Below are positions 24,701-36,798 of a stretch of 64,000 nucleotides of DNA, in pieces (positions within the stretch are counted from its first letter, which is position 1; each line of letters starts with the position of its first letter). The position numbers and the translations under genes were made by a program. Under the pieces are notes generated by a model that had not been told where the DNA came from, did not search any database, and saw nothing but the letters and a program-made list of their open reading frames with translations. Source of the DNA: Macrostomum hystrix (taxonomy: Eukaryota > Animalia > Platyhelminthes); the NCBI GenBank assembly GCA_950097015.1, contig CATNEN010000033.1:434001-498000 (forward strand), read 5' to 3'.

Positions 24701-27700
24701 GATGATGAGAAACTGCTGCTTGGATGATGATGAGAAACAGCTGCTTGGATGATGATGAGAAACTGCTGATTGGATGAGGATGAGAAACAGCTGATTGGAT
24801 GAGGATGAGAAACTGCTGATTGGATGAGGATGAGAAACTGCTGATTGGATGAGGATGAGAAACTGCTGATTGGATGATGATGAGAAACTGCTGCTTGGAT
24901 GATGATGAGTAACTGCTGCTTGGATGATGATGAGAAACTGCTGCTTGGATGAGGATGAGAAACTGCTGATTGGATGAGGATGAGAAACGGTTGATTGGAT
25001 GATGATGAGAAACAGCTGCTTGGATGAGGATGAGAAACAGCTGATTGGATGAGGATGAGAAACTGCTGATTGGATGAGGATGAGAAACTGCTGATTGGAT
25101 GAGGATGAGAAACTGCTGATTGTATGAGGATGAGAAACTGCTGATTGGATGAGGATGAGAAACTGCTGATTGGATGAGGATGAGAAACTGCTGATTGGAT
25201 GAGGATGAGAAACTGTTCATTGGATAAGGACAGGAAACAGCTGATTGGACAAAGTGAAGATAAGCTGAGTTAGCGTAATGTGGAAATCGTACAAAAAGAC
25301 TACACAGAAGGAGTTTTTTGTTAACTTTTTAAGAGACATCGACGCGACGAAAGCAAAAAATAAATAGCGATAGTTATACGAGTATTAAGACAACCTAACG
25401 GATAAAAAAATTAACGATTATAGCCAAGCACAGGTTACCTCAACCATCTCCTTGCTGATGAGGCTGGCAAACGGTGGTATACATTCGCCCTTAAGCTGCT
25501 CGGGACCAATTTCGCCCCGATCCCGCATAATCAGAGCGCGGAATCGCAGATCTGCGTCTAAATCCTCTGACGAGCAGAAGCCGAACTCCTCCTCGAAGAA
25601 GTTCAACCGGCAATAACCACTAGCTAACTGCTGCTGCTGCTGCTGCTGCTGATCCTGGCCCAGGGGGGCATTGTAGTTTAGCCGTACGAATGCCGGATCA
25701 TTGGGATCGCGCATCTCGGTCAGGCGCGGCAGCACCGGAGCGTCAGGAGCCGCGTCAACGTAGGTCTCAGTCTGCGGATCGTACACCTTCAGCATTGGCG
25801 CCAGGATGTTGCCCTCGGCGTCGGCGCGCCAGCCGCACCTGGCCCGCAGGATGCCTTTGTAATTATCACCTTGGCCTTGGGTCTGGCCGCGCTGACTGAA
25901 TCGGACCTCGGAGAAGTTCACCTGAGCTCTAGTGGTCTGCGAGTCAGGCCGGGGCAGCGCCGCTGTGCCGATTGTGCGCGTGGCGGCGCGGAAGCCGCCC
26001 CGGCGAGTTTCGGTCAGGTGCAGGCGGATGCGGCTAGGCGGCTGAACCACCTCCACCAGATAGATGCGGTTGAAATGCAGAGCAAAGCTGGAGCTCAGAG
26101 TTCTGGAATGGTTGGTAGCTGCGCATGTCATTCTGAGCACTCTCAACAGTAGGACTACCTTTTTTTTAATTCCAACAACTATTTGTCTCCCGAACGTAGC
26201 AACGCAAGCACACGAAACTTCGAGATATTAACGGTACGTCGGTTCGCTCCGTTCGGGTGACAAAAAATTATCGGGAGGGGGCGAAATCTCCCTCTTAGTA
26301 CGTAGTTCTACTGTTAAGACTCAGGGTCTGTGAGTACGCAAGCTCACACAGTCTCGGACGGTCCAACCAGTTTCTCATCGGCATATATTTGCACAGTATA
26401 AAACAATTCTGATTCCATTCGTCTGCGCCGAAGTTCCTCGGCGGCTCGGTGCTGTCTGAAAGTTGAAATTGTTTAAAATGCTGCAAAAATTGACATTAAG
26501 AGTGTGAGAAAGTTAAATTATAGTTTAATACTTGCTGTCCTTACTGTAATCTTACCCAGCCTACTGTAAGTAGAAATGCAAGAAAAAAAACATTTTAACT
26601 AAAAATCTAATTTAGTAACTTTTAGATTAGAAATAATAGTAAGTTCTCATTTTAATCGTTTCACTAAAATCTTTGCTAAACGAATGGCTAAATTGTAAAA
26701 TATAAGTTAGTCATATTTAAATAACACAATAAAGTAAAGCTTCAAGACAACTTAGGTCAGAAACTAACGCTGGAATATCGCTTAGCGGAGTCGGCACGTG
26801 CGAATTGTCCAGTAGGCGGACGCGAACGAGGGGCTCGCCTGGCTGGCGCCGGCGACAGGTGACCTGGCCTTGCTCGTCTTCGCCTAGGCGAACCAGGCGC
26901 TCAATCTGAATAGTAGAACATTGTAAAGAGTAGTAAAATCATACAGAATGCTCAACGTGCTTACCTAGAGTAATATTACCGGGAAATCTAAGCTTTAACT
27001 GTAAATCTATAGTGACTAATATACTATTTTTAGAAACAAAGTCATGCGACGTGAAACCGGGGAACCCAGGTTTTTGACAGCTGTATTGCTCATACTTCCA
27101 TATCTGGTTATGCTCATCTGAAAACAATAAAGACGCAGCTGAACAAGACCAAGACTAAGAAGACCAAGAAGACCAAGAAGACTAAGAAGACTAAGAAGAC
27201 TAAGAAGACCAAGAAGACTAAGAAGACTAAGAAGACCAAGAAGACTAAGAAGACTAAGAAGACTAAGAAGACTAAGAAGACCAAGAAGACCAAGAAGACC
27301 AAGAAGACCAAGAAGACCAAGAAGACCAAGAAGACCAAGAAGACCAAGAAGACTAAGAAGACCAAGAAGACCAAGAAGACTAAGAAGACTAAGAAGACCA
27401 AGAAGACCAAGAAGACCAAGAAGACTAAGAAGACTAAGAAGACCAAGAAGACCAAGAAGACCAAGAAGACCAAGAAGACCAAGAAGACCAAGAAGACCAA
27501 GAAGACCAAGAAGACTAAGAAGACCAAGAAGACCAAGAAGACTAAGAAGACTAAGAAGACCAAGAAGACCAAGAAGACTAAGAAGACTAAGAAGACTAAG
27601 AAGACTAAGAAGACCAAGAAGACCAAGAAGACCAAGAAGACCAAGAAGACCAAGAAGACCAAGAAGACCAAGAAGACCAAGAAGACCAAGAAGACCAAGA

Positions 27701-30700
27701 AGACCAAGAAGACTAAGAAGACTAAGAAGACCAAGAAGACCAAGAAGACCAAGAAGACCAAGAAGACCAAGAAGACCAAGAAGACCAAGAAGACTAAGAA
27801 GACTAAGAAGACCAAGAAGACTAAGAAGACTAAGAAGACTAAGAAGACTAAGAAGACCAAGAAGACTAAGAGGATCAGGAAAACCAAGCTCAACCAGCTC
27901 TACGAGGAAGAAGAACTACTGCAGTAAGTATCACGTGACCTTTTATAAATTCCTAGGCTTCTTTTAGACAATTAAAATTATCCTTAAATGTCTAGAAGTG
28001 GGAGTTTTGTGTGGCTGATCAACGCATTAAACACTTTAAAATAAAAAGTTGAATTGTTTAAAATCAACACCTAGGAAAAAGTTTCAACCCAAAGAACTAA
28101 AAGACCTACCTGCTGCACAAAGTTGTCCAAGTTCTCCGCCTGCGGCTCTATCGGCGGCTCCTCGTCGAACTCGCTCGTTGCCATGCCCGACTGCTCCATT
28201 GCCAGGCGTCGGCCTTCGTAGTCGGCTCGCCGTCGCTCGTACTGCTGCCGCTGGGCCAGGTACTCGGCCTGGAGTAGCTGATGTTTGGACTGGGCAGCCG
28301 CCTGCTGTTCTTCGGCCCAGTCGCGAATCTCAGCCAGGAGCTCCTGCTCGTCCTCCGAGCGGCTCTGCACCGTCTCCTCTATGTCGCAACGGACCTGAAC
28401 GCAAGTGAAAATGAATAATAGCAAGTTAGCAACCGATATGTATCGAAAAACCTGAGTACAAGAGTAGAAAAAGGGGTTGTAGTCGCGCTCACGACTCATA
28501 GGTCGGGGGTTCGATTCTTGAGTCAGCAGGAACAATTTGTTTCTAAATAGTCAGTTGTAACTCAAAAAAGGCAAACTGCAACTCACATCGGTAACAGAGA
28601 AGCCGGCCTCCTGTCGTACGTCGCGCACATCGCGCCAAGCATTGAGCAGATCAATTAGCAGAGTATAATGAGCAGCTTCTTCCAGTATCTTGCTGTGTCG
28701 GGTGGTGGCTAGCTCAGCCCTAGACGCAGAATGGCAAGAAAATTCAGTGAAGTCAAAATAATTAGAGGATGGGATAATGCTACTGTACAGGAAGGATCCG
28801 AGGATGGCATAATGCTACTGTACAGGAAGGATCCGAGGATGGGATAATGACTATACAGGAAGGATCCGAGGATGGGATAATGACTATACAGGAAGGATCC
28901 GAGGATGGGATAATGACCATACAGGAAGGATCCGAGGATGGGATAATGACCATACAGGAAGGATCTGAGGATGGGATAATGACTATACAGGAAGGATCTG
29001 AGGATGGGATAATGACTATACAGGAAGGATCTGAGGATGGGATAATGACTATACAGGAAGGATCTGAGGATGGGATAATGACCATACAGGAAGGATCTGA
29101 GGATGGGATAATGACTATACAGGAAGGATCTGAGGATGGGATAATGACTATACAGGAAGGATCTGAGGATGGGATAATGACTATACAGGAAGGATCCGAG
29201 GATGGGATAATGACTATACAGGAAGGATCCGAGGATGGGATAATGCTTTGTACAGGAAGGATCCGAGGATGGGATAATGACCATACAGGAAGGATCCGAG
29301 GATGGGATAATGACTATACAGGAAGGATCCGAGGATGGGATAATGACTATACAGGAAGGATCCGAGGATGGGATAATGCTACTGTACATGACAGATCTGA
29401 GAATGGGATAACCCTGCTGTACAGGACAGATCTGAGAATGGGATAATGCTACTGTGTAGGTATTTATCACAAACAACATCAAGTTAAACAGCTAAAGGCA
29501 CCTGTAAGCATCCAGCCGAGCTCGGTAGTCCTGCAGCACCATCTCGTTGCAATTTTGGCTTCTATCCATCCTGGCCGTCTCCTGCGCCAGCTTGGCAATC
29601 TCTCGCCTCAGAGCGGCGATTCTGTCGCGAAAATAGGCAGGAAAGTTTGATTTCTCGGTGCGCGAGTAGCGGCCATGCAGCTGTCGCAGTCGGCTGACCG
29701 CGGCGTGCTCCCGAGTGAACAGCGGATGCTCCAGAAACTGGACGCCACCGATGTCAACCTCCAGCTGCCAGGGCGTCTCCCGCTCCAGACTGGCGAATGG
29801 CGAGTCCCAGCGTCTGGCAGGGCGGTACTCGCAATGCGACAGCTGACGCAGCGCCGGCTGCTGACCGACGCGAATGTCATCGTCCTCGTCTGGCACCAGC
29901 GGCCGCATCGGCACGTCCTTCAACGGGTCGGGCAGCATTCGCAGGCGGCCATCATCGCCGAGCCAGTCCTGAAAATGAAATTTCGATTCGAACCCAAGAC
30001 CTTACTTATTTAAATCTAACTTCTATAGTCTCCTACATCTGCAGGCACGCAGAAAAGCTACAAGCCTTACCTTCTTAGAAGCGTACACATCAGCCTTCAT
30101 TGTGAGTATGCTCTGCAAACGGAGCACGTTGCCCTCGGTGACGCGGGGACGGCGACCAACGTAGAGACCCTCATCGGCGAGATCCACCGGGTGCTCAACC
30201 GACACTGGGGGAACTGGCAGGAGATTGAGAAAATAGGACGGCAGGGAAGACAGCACATGCCGTTATAGGTTGTTGTTATAAATTTATAGGTAGTAAGGTA
30301 GATAACCAGGTAGATTGGCAGGTAGACGGACAAACACGTTTTTAGGGTGACCTTAGCGTACAGGCGGGTGGACATGAGTAGATAAAGTAGTCAGAGGGGT
30401 GACCTTAGCAGACAGGCAGGGTAGACATGGGTAGATAAAGTAGACAGGGGGGTGACCTTATAAGATAGGCAGGGTAGATATGAGTAGATAAAGTAGACAG
30501 GGGGGTGACCTTATCAGACAGGCGGGTAGATATATTCTTATGCAGGGGGTAGAAATACTGGTAGACAATACTGAAAGTGGGGTCCATTGCTAACTATAAA
30601 TCTCTGAAGGCTCACCAGAAGCAGCAGACGGATAATAGTACAATTTGCTTTCGTCTGCCATAGGCGGAAAGACCGCTCGATGAAGGTAGACCTTCTCGCC

Positions 30701-33700
30701 TTCGTACACGTAGATTTCGTCGTCGGCTTGTGCCGCCAGCTCGGTGCCCGCTGCAGCAGCAGCGGCCGCGGTGGCAATTGTCCCATCGTCGGCAGCTGCG
30801 GTCAGTTCGTCGAGCTCCCAGATGGTGTTGGAAAAGAAGCTGACCTGCTCGTCCTCTGTCAGATCCTTCTTTTCGCGCAGTGCCTCCCAGGACATCTAGC
30901 AATCGTTCGGGCAGGTTTCAATTGCAGCACTCGCTATACTTTCATAATGCGAGTAAATACTGCTATAAGTAGTGGAATAATGTGTAACCGTAAGCAGTTA
31001 ATGATCATTAGTAGTTTCTATTGTTTCTAGGAAGGCGAATCGCCTATCAAAACCAAATCAACGGATACTGAGACATCAACATAAGACCCAGGAACAGTGA
31101 GACAGGCACCCGGGAACAGACAGACAGGCACCCGGGAACAGTGAGACAGGCACCCAGGAACAGTGAGACAGGCACCCAGGAACAGTGAGACAGGCACCCG
31201 GGAACAGAGAGACAGGACCCAGGAACAGTGAGACAGGCACCCAGGAACAGAGAGACAGGCACCCGGGAACAGAGAGACAGGCACCCAGGAACAGAGAGAC
31301 AGGCACCCAGGAACAGTGAGACAGGCACCCAGGAACAGTGAGACAGGCACCCAGGAACAGTGAGACAGGCACCCAGGAACAGTGAGACAGGCACCCGGGA
31401 ACAGGGAGACAGGCACCCAGGAACAGAGAGACAGGCACCCAGGAACAGTGAGACAGGCACCCGGGAACAGAGAGACAGGCACCCAGGAACAGAGAGACAG
31501 GCACCCAGGAACAGAGAGACAGGCACCCAGGAACAGTGAGACAGGCACCCAGGAACAGAGAGACAGGCACCCGGGAACAGAGAGACAGGCACCCGGGAAC
31601 AGACAGACAGGCACCCGGGAACAGTGAGACAGGCACCCAGGAACAGTGAGACAGGCACCCAGGAACAGTGAGACAGGCACCCGGGAACAGAGAGACAGGA
31701 CCCAGGAACAGTGAGACAGGCACCCAGGAACAGAGAGACAGGCACCCGGGAACAGAGAGACAGGCACCCAGGAACAGAGAGACAGGCACCCAGGAACAGT
31801 GAGACAGGCACCCAGGAACAGTGAGACAGGCACCCAGGAACAGTGAGACAGGCACCCAGGAACAGTGAGACAGGCACCCGGGAACAGGGAGACAGGCACC
31901 CAGGAACAGAGAGACAGGCACCCAGGAACAGTGAGACAGGCACCCGGGAACAGAGAGACAGGCACCCAGGAACAGAGAGACAGGCACCCAGGAACAGAGA
32001 GACAGGCACCCAGGAACAGTGAGACAGGCACCCAGGAACAGAGAGACAGGCACCCGGGAACAGAGAGACAGGCACCCAGGAACAGTGAGACAGGCACCCA
32101 GGAACAGTGAGACAGGCACCCGGGAACAGAGAGACAGGCACCTGGGTACACAGAGACAGGCACCCGGGAACAGAGAGACAGGCACCTGGGTACACAGAGA
32201 CAGGCACCCGGGAACAGAGAGACAGGCACCCAGGATTTAAACTGGCGGTGGTTAGATCATCTGCACCAATATATAATAATAAAATAGTTAGTTCATAAAC
32301 TATTTCATTTTCGTCAATATTCCGTTGACGAAATCAATCATTAATGTGACACGATCGAATTAGTATGTTTGTAAAATTATAGGGCAGATTTGTTGATGAA
32401 AAGCGAAAAGGAATTAAAATGAAATGCATTACTAAGCAGTTTGCCTTTAACTTACCAGTGTTATATAGGTTATAGTAAACATATTGAATATCTATTATAT
32501 TCAGTGGAACGCATGTTGTTATGTTGTGTTACCTTAGCTAATTTAACTGATTGTTCTTTCCTAGTGCGCATCAGTTCCTGGCGTTTGCGAGTGTGTGAGC
32601 GTTGCAGATAAGAATTACTTTGCTATGCATTATAAATCAATATGACATAATTGACAACAAGTAAAAGTGCGTTCCAAAATGAACAAATTAGTGATATTTG
32701 ATAGCGAAAAGCATTTAAAGAAAGCAGCTTAACTTAATAGTTTGAATATAATACAGAAATGACACCTACACACAGTTGGGCCTAAATGCTGTTGATTGAA
32801 TCATTCAGTTACGGGGCTTACGGACACAAATAGATTACCCGCGCAAAGAATCGAACCACAGATCTCCCGGTTACTAGTCTGGAAAGCTGTCTAACTCCCA
32901 GTTAACTCAATAAAACGGACTAACTTTTTTGCGCATCTTTTGAAACAACAATTAATTCGCCAGCCCTTTACACTGTCGAGATTTGCAACGGTTCTGGCCG
33001 AAGTTCAGATTTTTCCAATAAGCGCTAGTGTATTTCATACACCCCTTATACACAAATTTGCACTTGAAAAATCTCAGTGCGGCCTTGAAACTTTATGAGC
33101 GTGTCACCCGAATGTGCCTCCGACTTCGGTGGTCAACGATCTTTATCTAGACGGAGCTGCTGGACCTTCAACATATAATACTTGAGTTTAGGCCAATATC
33201 GAGGCTTAATCAGCGAAATTAGAAAAACTCGCTTTATGGACTCCATAGTCAGCTGGAGGCACTCTGCTGAAGGTGCTGATTGATAAACAGACTAGGCGAG
33301 GGTCCTGTGGTTGAGCTTTGTCCCATATTGAGGCTTGATCAGCGAAATGGGAGAAATTTGCATCAGGGTGTCTATATTCGGCTGGTGACACTTGTTGAAG
33401 GTCCAGCAGCTCCGTCTAGATGACTTGCAATTTTCGCCGATGAAAGCCAAGCTTCAAGGCACAGAGAAAGATTTAGGCAAATGTTCACATCTGTGTGAGT
33501 GTTCCGTGTGATACGAAGGATGTTCGTATCCTTCAGATTAGTGACTACCAGGCAACTAACCCATGTAGAGTAGAAAACATCAATAAATATTCATGCACAA
33601 AAGCGACCATAAATGCATTAGAATAGAAACAAAACAAAAAAGTGCAAAATAACACAGTAGACGAAACGAAACGAAGTTATCACAGAGACACGTACAAAGA

Positions 33701-34489
33701 TAAACATCTTCGAGTTGTCAATAGATAGCAAATATTGTAAACAAACCTTTGCTACCAGCGTTGGCAGCCTTGAAGCTCGATAGGTCAAGAGCTCTGCGTC
33801 GTCCATGCCCGACTCAAGCTTCGTACACGAGAAAGTAAACATAAGAGACAGGAAATTTAAATCCTAATCGCAATTAAAGTGCACTTCAATTTAGAAATCG
33901 AATTCCCATCCAGACAGCCTCCCAGCCTCACCTGAGCCGTGGCAATGTCAAATCGAGTTGTCCGATCCTCTCTGTTCAGCTTGGAGTGCGCCGCGCTGTA
34001 CATCTGGGCCTCCTCGGCCTGCTCGCGCTGTCGCTCCGCCTGCTGCCGCTGCTCTTCCTCCAGTTTCTGACGGCGCAGAGCCTTGGCAGTCATCGGCTTG
34101 CCGCTTGGAGCGGCTGCAGCTGCTGATTGCGCCTGTCCAGAAGCCGCCGCAGCTGTCTCCGTAGGAGCCGACGTCGGCGAGGATGGCGCCGCACCATCGG
34201 CATCAGCAGCTGGTCCTGAGTCATCAGCCAAACTCGTTCCAGCCCGACGCAGATCCTCGCGACTAAGCCTGATTCGCTCCTTCACCTGAGCCTGAGCCTC
34301 CAGTAGCTCGCCTTCGCTGGGCAGCTCCGCATTCAGCTTCTTGCGCAGTCGTCGCTTTTTAGTGTCGTGCTTTGTTTTAACTGCGCCACGCAGCTTGTCA
34401 GCGGCAGCGGCGGCATCAGAATCGCCTACCTCGGCAGAGGCTTGCTGCTGAGACTGCTCGTTCTGAGGCTGCGGCTGAGTGCTGGTGTC
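18739..34489 (-). CDS. CC2D2A: Coiled-coil and C2 domain-containing protein 2A (ciliary transition-zone MKS module). Exons: 34489-33932, 32622-32533, 30895-30616, 30213-30071, 29968-29502, 28719-28587, 28394-28110, 26905-26769, 26455-26348, 26102-25439, 22379-22002, 21511-20813, 20723-20634, 20171-19630, 19126-19042, 18948-18739; start codon not seen
   Basis: Motifs matching human CC2D2A as recalled: DEGLYVGRRP, WLGDDGRLRMLPDPLK, MRDPNDP, RPFVEVTFQ, C2 domain NPDWNASLELPF...FLGSVSIPFSTIY, AGDEEEHAVLLANY, GNAVPEGSTAYV, WNPSLG, HKYPKGVL. All introns are GT-AG with compatible phases. The exon sum of 4869 nt is 1623 codons, close to human CC2D2A (~1620 aa). Confidence 0.9.
19247..19410. repeat. 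37-bp minisatellite (TGGAGTGAGGTGGGAGTCTGGCTAGCAAGTGTACACT) in a CC2D2A intron
   Basis: Four to five units are visible. Confidence 0.85.
20240..20590. repeat. 36-bp minisatellite (GCCACATTGTGAGCTGACTTCAGTGAGCAGTCACCA) in a CC2D2A intron
   Basis: About 9 units are visible. Confidence 0.92.
21590..21840. repeat. 20-bp minisatellite (AAAGCCGGAAAATGTACGTT) in a CC2D2A intron
   Basis: About 12 imperfect units are visible. Confidence 0.88.
22830..22990 (+). mobile_element. Possible decayed non-LTR retrotransposon AP-endonuclease 5' fragment
   Basis: With frameshifts it reads QLQLNAEG..LCNLLLNMHVEVACLQ(ET)KL, resembling the APE start (LQLNxEG...DVACLQETKL). Confidence 0.3.
24515..25215. repeat. 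25-bp minisatellite (TGGATGAGGATGAGAAACTGCTGAT) in a CC2D2A intron
   Basis: About 28 units; the 264-aa SSFSSSSNQQ ORF is an artefact. Confidence 0.93.
26950..28040. mobile_element. Unclassified dispersed repeat, copy A, with an internal (AAGAAGACY)n 9-bp expansion at about 27148-27870
   Basis: Both flanks of the 9-bp array align by eye to 58900-59890 (CTATTTTTAGAAA...GTCATG.GAC.TGAAACCGG.GAACC and GCAGTAAGT.TCACGTGAC..TTATAAATTCCTAGGC...TGTCTAGAAGTGGGAGTTT.GTGTG.CTGATCAAC). Confidence 0.65.
28765..29455. repeat. 33-bp minisatellite (GAGGATGGGATAATGACTATACAGGAAGGATCC) in a CC2D2A intron
   Basis: About 20 units; the overlapping ORFs have an 11-aa period. Confidence 0.93.
30300..30530. repeat. 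Imperfect ~55-bp tandem repeat in a CC2D2A intron
   Basis: GTAGATAAAGTAGACAGGGGGTGACCTTA..AGACAGGC recurs about 4 times. Confidence 0.7.
31085..32235. repeat. 22-bp minisatellite (CAGGAACAGTGAGACAGGCACC) with a 483-bp internal duplication
   Basis: About 52 units. Near-identical ORFs start at 31382 and 31865 (offset 483). The three 370-400-aa Cys/Val ORFs are artefacts. Confidence 0.93.
33145..33421. mobile_element. MITE-like element with perfect 29-bp terminal inverted repeats
   Basis: ATCTAGACGGAGCTGCTGGACCTTCAACA (33145-33173) is the exact reverse complement of 33393-33421. An internal imperfect direct repeat (GAGGCTT.ATCAGCGAAAT) occurs twice. Confidence 0.65.
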
Positions 34490-34548
34490 CTGAAATTCAA
34501 GTTGAAAACATCTTGTACATACACTAGTATATACAATTATATTTACAG

Positions 34549-34904
34549 GAGTGCTGCAGCAATGGCACATCTTTTGGTAACACTAGACCCACAGCCAGCA
34601 AGGAGGCAATTCTGCCCATTGCACTGACTCCTGAGCACACACTCACAGACTCAGGCACAGACTTCATGCAGGCACAGACTCACACAGGTGTGTACATCTG
34701 CCCTGACTTTCTCATCGTCAGGCACAGTACACTTTCACTCACTGAGCCTTGGAGGTTGGCCCTCAAGGGGCCAAATTGCATGACAAGCCTGCAAGCCTTC
34801 TCTCTGTGGCTGCTCCTCAAATGAATGTGGCCTCAATGCAGAATTGAGCTCAAGGACCTTGGTGCGAGATGCAAACATGTTATAAAGCTCTGCCACTCAC
34901 CCCC
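34549..34904 (-). mobile_element. tRNA-derived SINE copy (CpG-decayed)
   Basis: The reverse complement aligns along its length with the 51343-51680 copy. Confidence 0.8.
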
Positions 34905-35677
34905 CTTAACATACATACACAGTAAATAAAAACAGGCGACCTCCAAAATGTAAGTGAAATATCAAACAAAACATATTAATTATTTGTAAATAGAATACAC
35001 AGACATAACAGCTAGCCAGCCCAGTTGGAAAATATGTACGAGCCATAGCAAGTGGCACAGCTGTAGCTTTTGTGCAATACTTCTAAAGAAATTGTATAGA
35101 GCTCTGTTCAATCAAAGGATTGTGGAGGACACACCATGCAAGCTCAATGATAAAACATTTTGCCACCAGGAAAACTCAAGCTCAAACTACCAGGCATTAA
35201 ACTCTTATAACAAAAACTAATTTTTTAATTATAAAAAACATTACCATGCACGAGCTACATGCCTAGTAGCTAAAATAATTAGATAGCTTAGCTTGATTTT
35301 AAGCAAATACAAAATTAAACAGGCTTGGGCCACTACTACTACTAGCTCAGACTACAAACAATTCTATGAGTTGTTTTCAAATTACAATGGTCAAGTATAT
35401 AATAGCTAGACTTAACTTATCATTTGACTACAAATGTAAAAATGCAAGGGCCTCATTCTGTAGTTTTACTTTCTTGAAGTTCAAATCAAATAAATAAGTA
35501 GATGATGTCAAGCTTACATAATATTAAAGCTAGCTAATATATTTTTAAGAATAGCTAGGCCTAGTTAAAGCTTTCAATATTGATTTCAAAAAAATTATCA
35601 TAATTTTGATTGAATATATAGGTATTCAGCCTCACAGGCATAACATGTTTAAACAACTTATCAACTAATAGGGCCAA

Positions 35678-36014
35678 GGTGTTGGTGGCATAGTTAATGA
35701 GTTTGCTTCTTGTACTATAGTCACTAAGTTTGATTCCATAGCAAAGCTACATTTATTTGGATGTAGGCACAGAGAGAAGTCTTAAGGGCTTGTTGTGCAT
35801 TTGATGGCCAACCTCTAAGGCACATCAAGAGTGTAGACTGCTTGACAACAAGAAAGTCAGGGCAGATATACAGACTTCTATAAGTGTATGCCTGTGTATA
35901 GTGTGTATCTGTGTGTATATGCTCAGGAGTCAGCAAAATGAGCAGAATTGCTTCTTTGCTGGCTGCAGGTCTAGTTTAATAGGGCTAAATGATGTGCCAT
36001 TGCCTGCAGCCCTC
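35678..36014 (+). mobile_element. tRNA-derived SINE copy (heavily CpG-decayed)
   Basis: Aligns with 51343-51680 (GCTACATTTATTTGG, GGCCAACCTC.AAGGCAC, GAAAGTCAG.GCAGAT, TAAATGATGTGCCATTGCC). Confidence 0.75.
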
Positions 36015-36155
36015 TTGCAACTATTATTATTATTATAGCTAATAGGGCTTTATAGAAATAGCTAATGTCATAATATCAAGATAGATAGAATAGGCCTAAT
36101 ATATTTCTTGTTATTAATATTAAAAAAATCATTTTATTTTATTCAGACCTATATA

Positions 36156-36798
36156 GGGTAAAGTATCATCAACCGAACAGTGTATCTTCAAAACCAAACA
36201 AGAATTTTGACTCCTTCGTTGGTCTTGTGCAAGACAGAAACAAGCTCTTGTATTTCACAGAACAACTATTTTGAATGTCAATGAAATTATTTACATGCTA
36301 AGGCATGACATGCAATGAAGCATTAAAAGGAAAGAAAGATATGGATGTTTCAGTAGAATTTTTTATCACAAAAGCATACTTTTTAAATAGCATTTTTTCA
36401 GCATGTACTTTAGACTAAGATTGTATGTGGTTGCTTTCCAATTAAATTACCATAAATTTAGTTATTTATAAAGCATGAAAAATGCTTTCAAATCACATAA
36501 TTCATGATAGATCACTCTTTAAAATAAGATTAAACCACTCACTCAAATTTTAAAACCAAACATCAAATTCTCTGTTTGGTTTGAAGATACATGAAAATCA
36601 TTGTTTGGTTTTAGATGAAAAACATGAATAACTTTTTTCTATTTGACAAAATTGCAAAAGCAGATACTATTTAAAAAGACAAAACAGTTTTCTATAACTT
36701 GGCTTTTGATTTATCATGATATCTTAAATAGAAAATCTGTAGCTTAGGTTTGAAGTTAAAAAAATGCATATTCTTGTTCGGTTGATGATACATTACCC
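36156..36798. mobile_element. AT-rich MITE with 24-bp TIRs and TA flanks
   Basis: GGGTAAAGTATCATCAACCGAACA and TGTTCGGTTGATGATACATTACCC match at 23/24 as inverted repeats, with TA on both outer sides. There is also an internal inverted subrepeat (TATCTTCAAAACCAAAC / GTTTGGTTTGAAGATAC). Confidence 0.65.

Noticed and set aside
27114-27893. 259-aa (LVF)n membrane-like ORF
   Set aside because: It is the reverse strand of a 9-bp microsatellite.
31027-32229. Three 370-400-aa Cys-rich ORFs
   Set aside because: All three minus frames are open only because of the 22-bp repeat.
32820-32905. tRNA-Thr(AGT)-like sequence on the minus strand
   Set aside because: It has CTAGTAA and GGTTCGATTC, but the anticodon and acceptor stems do not pair; at most a decayed tRNA-derived relic.
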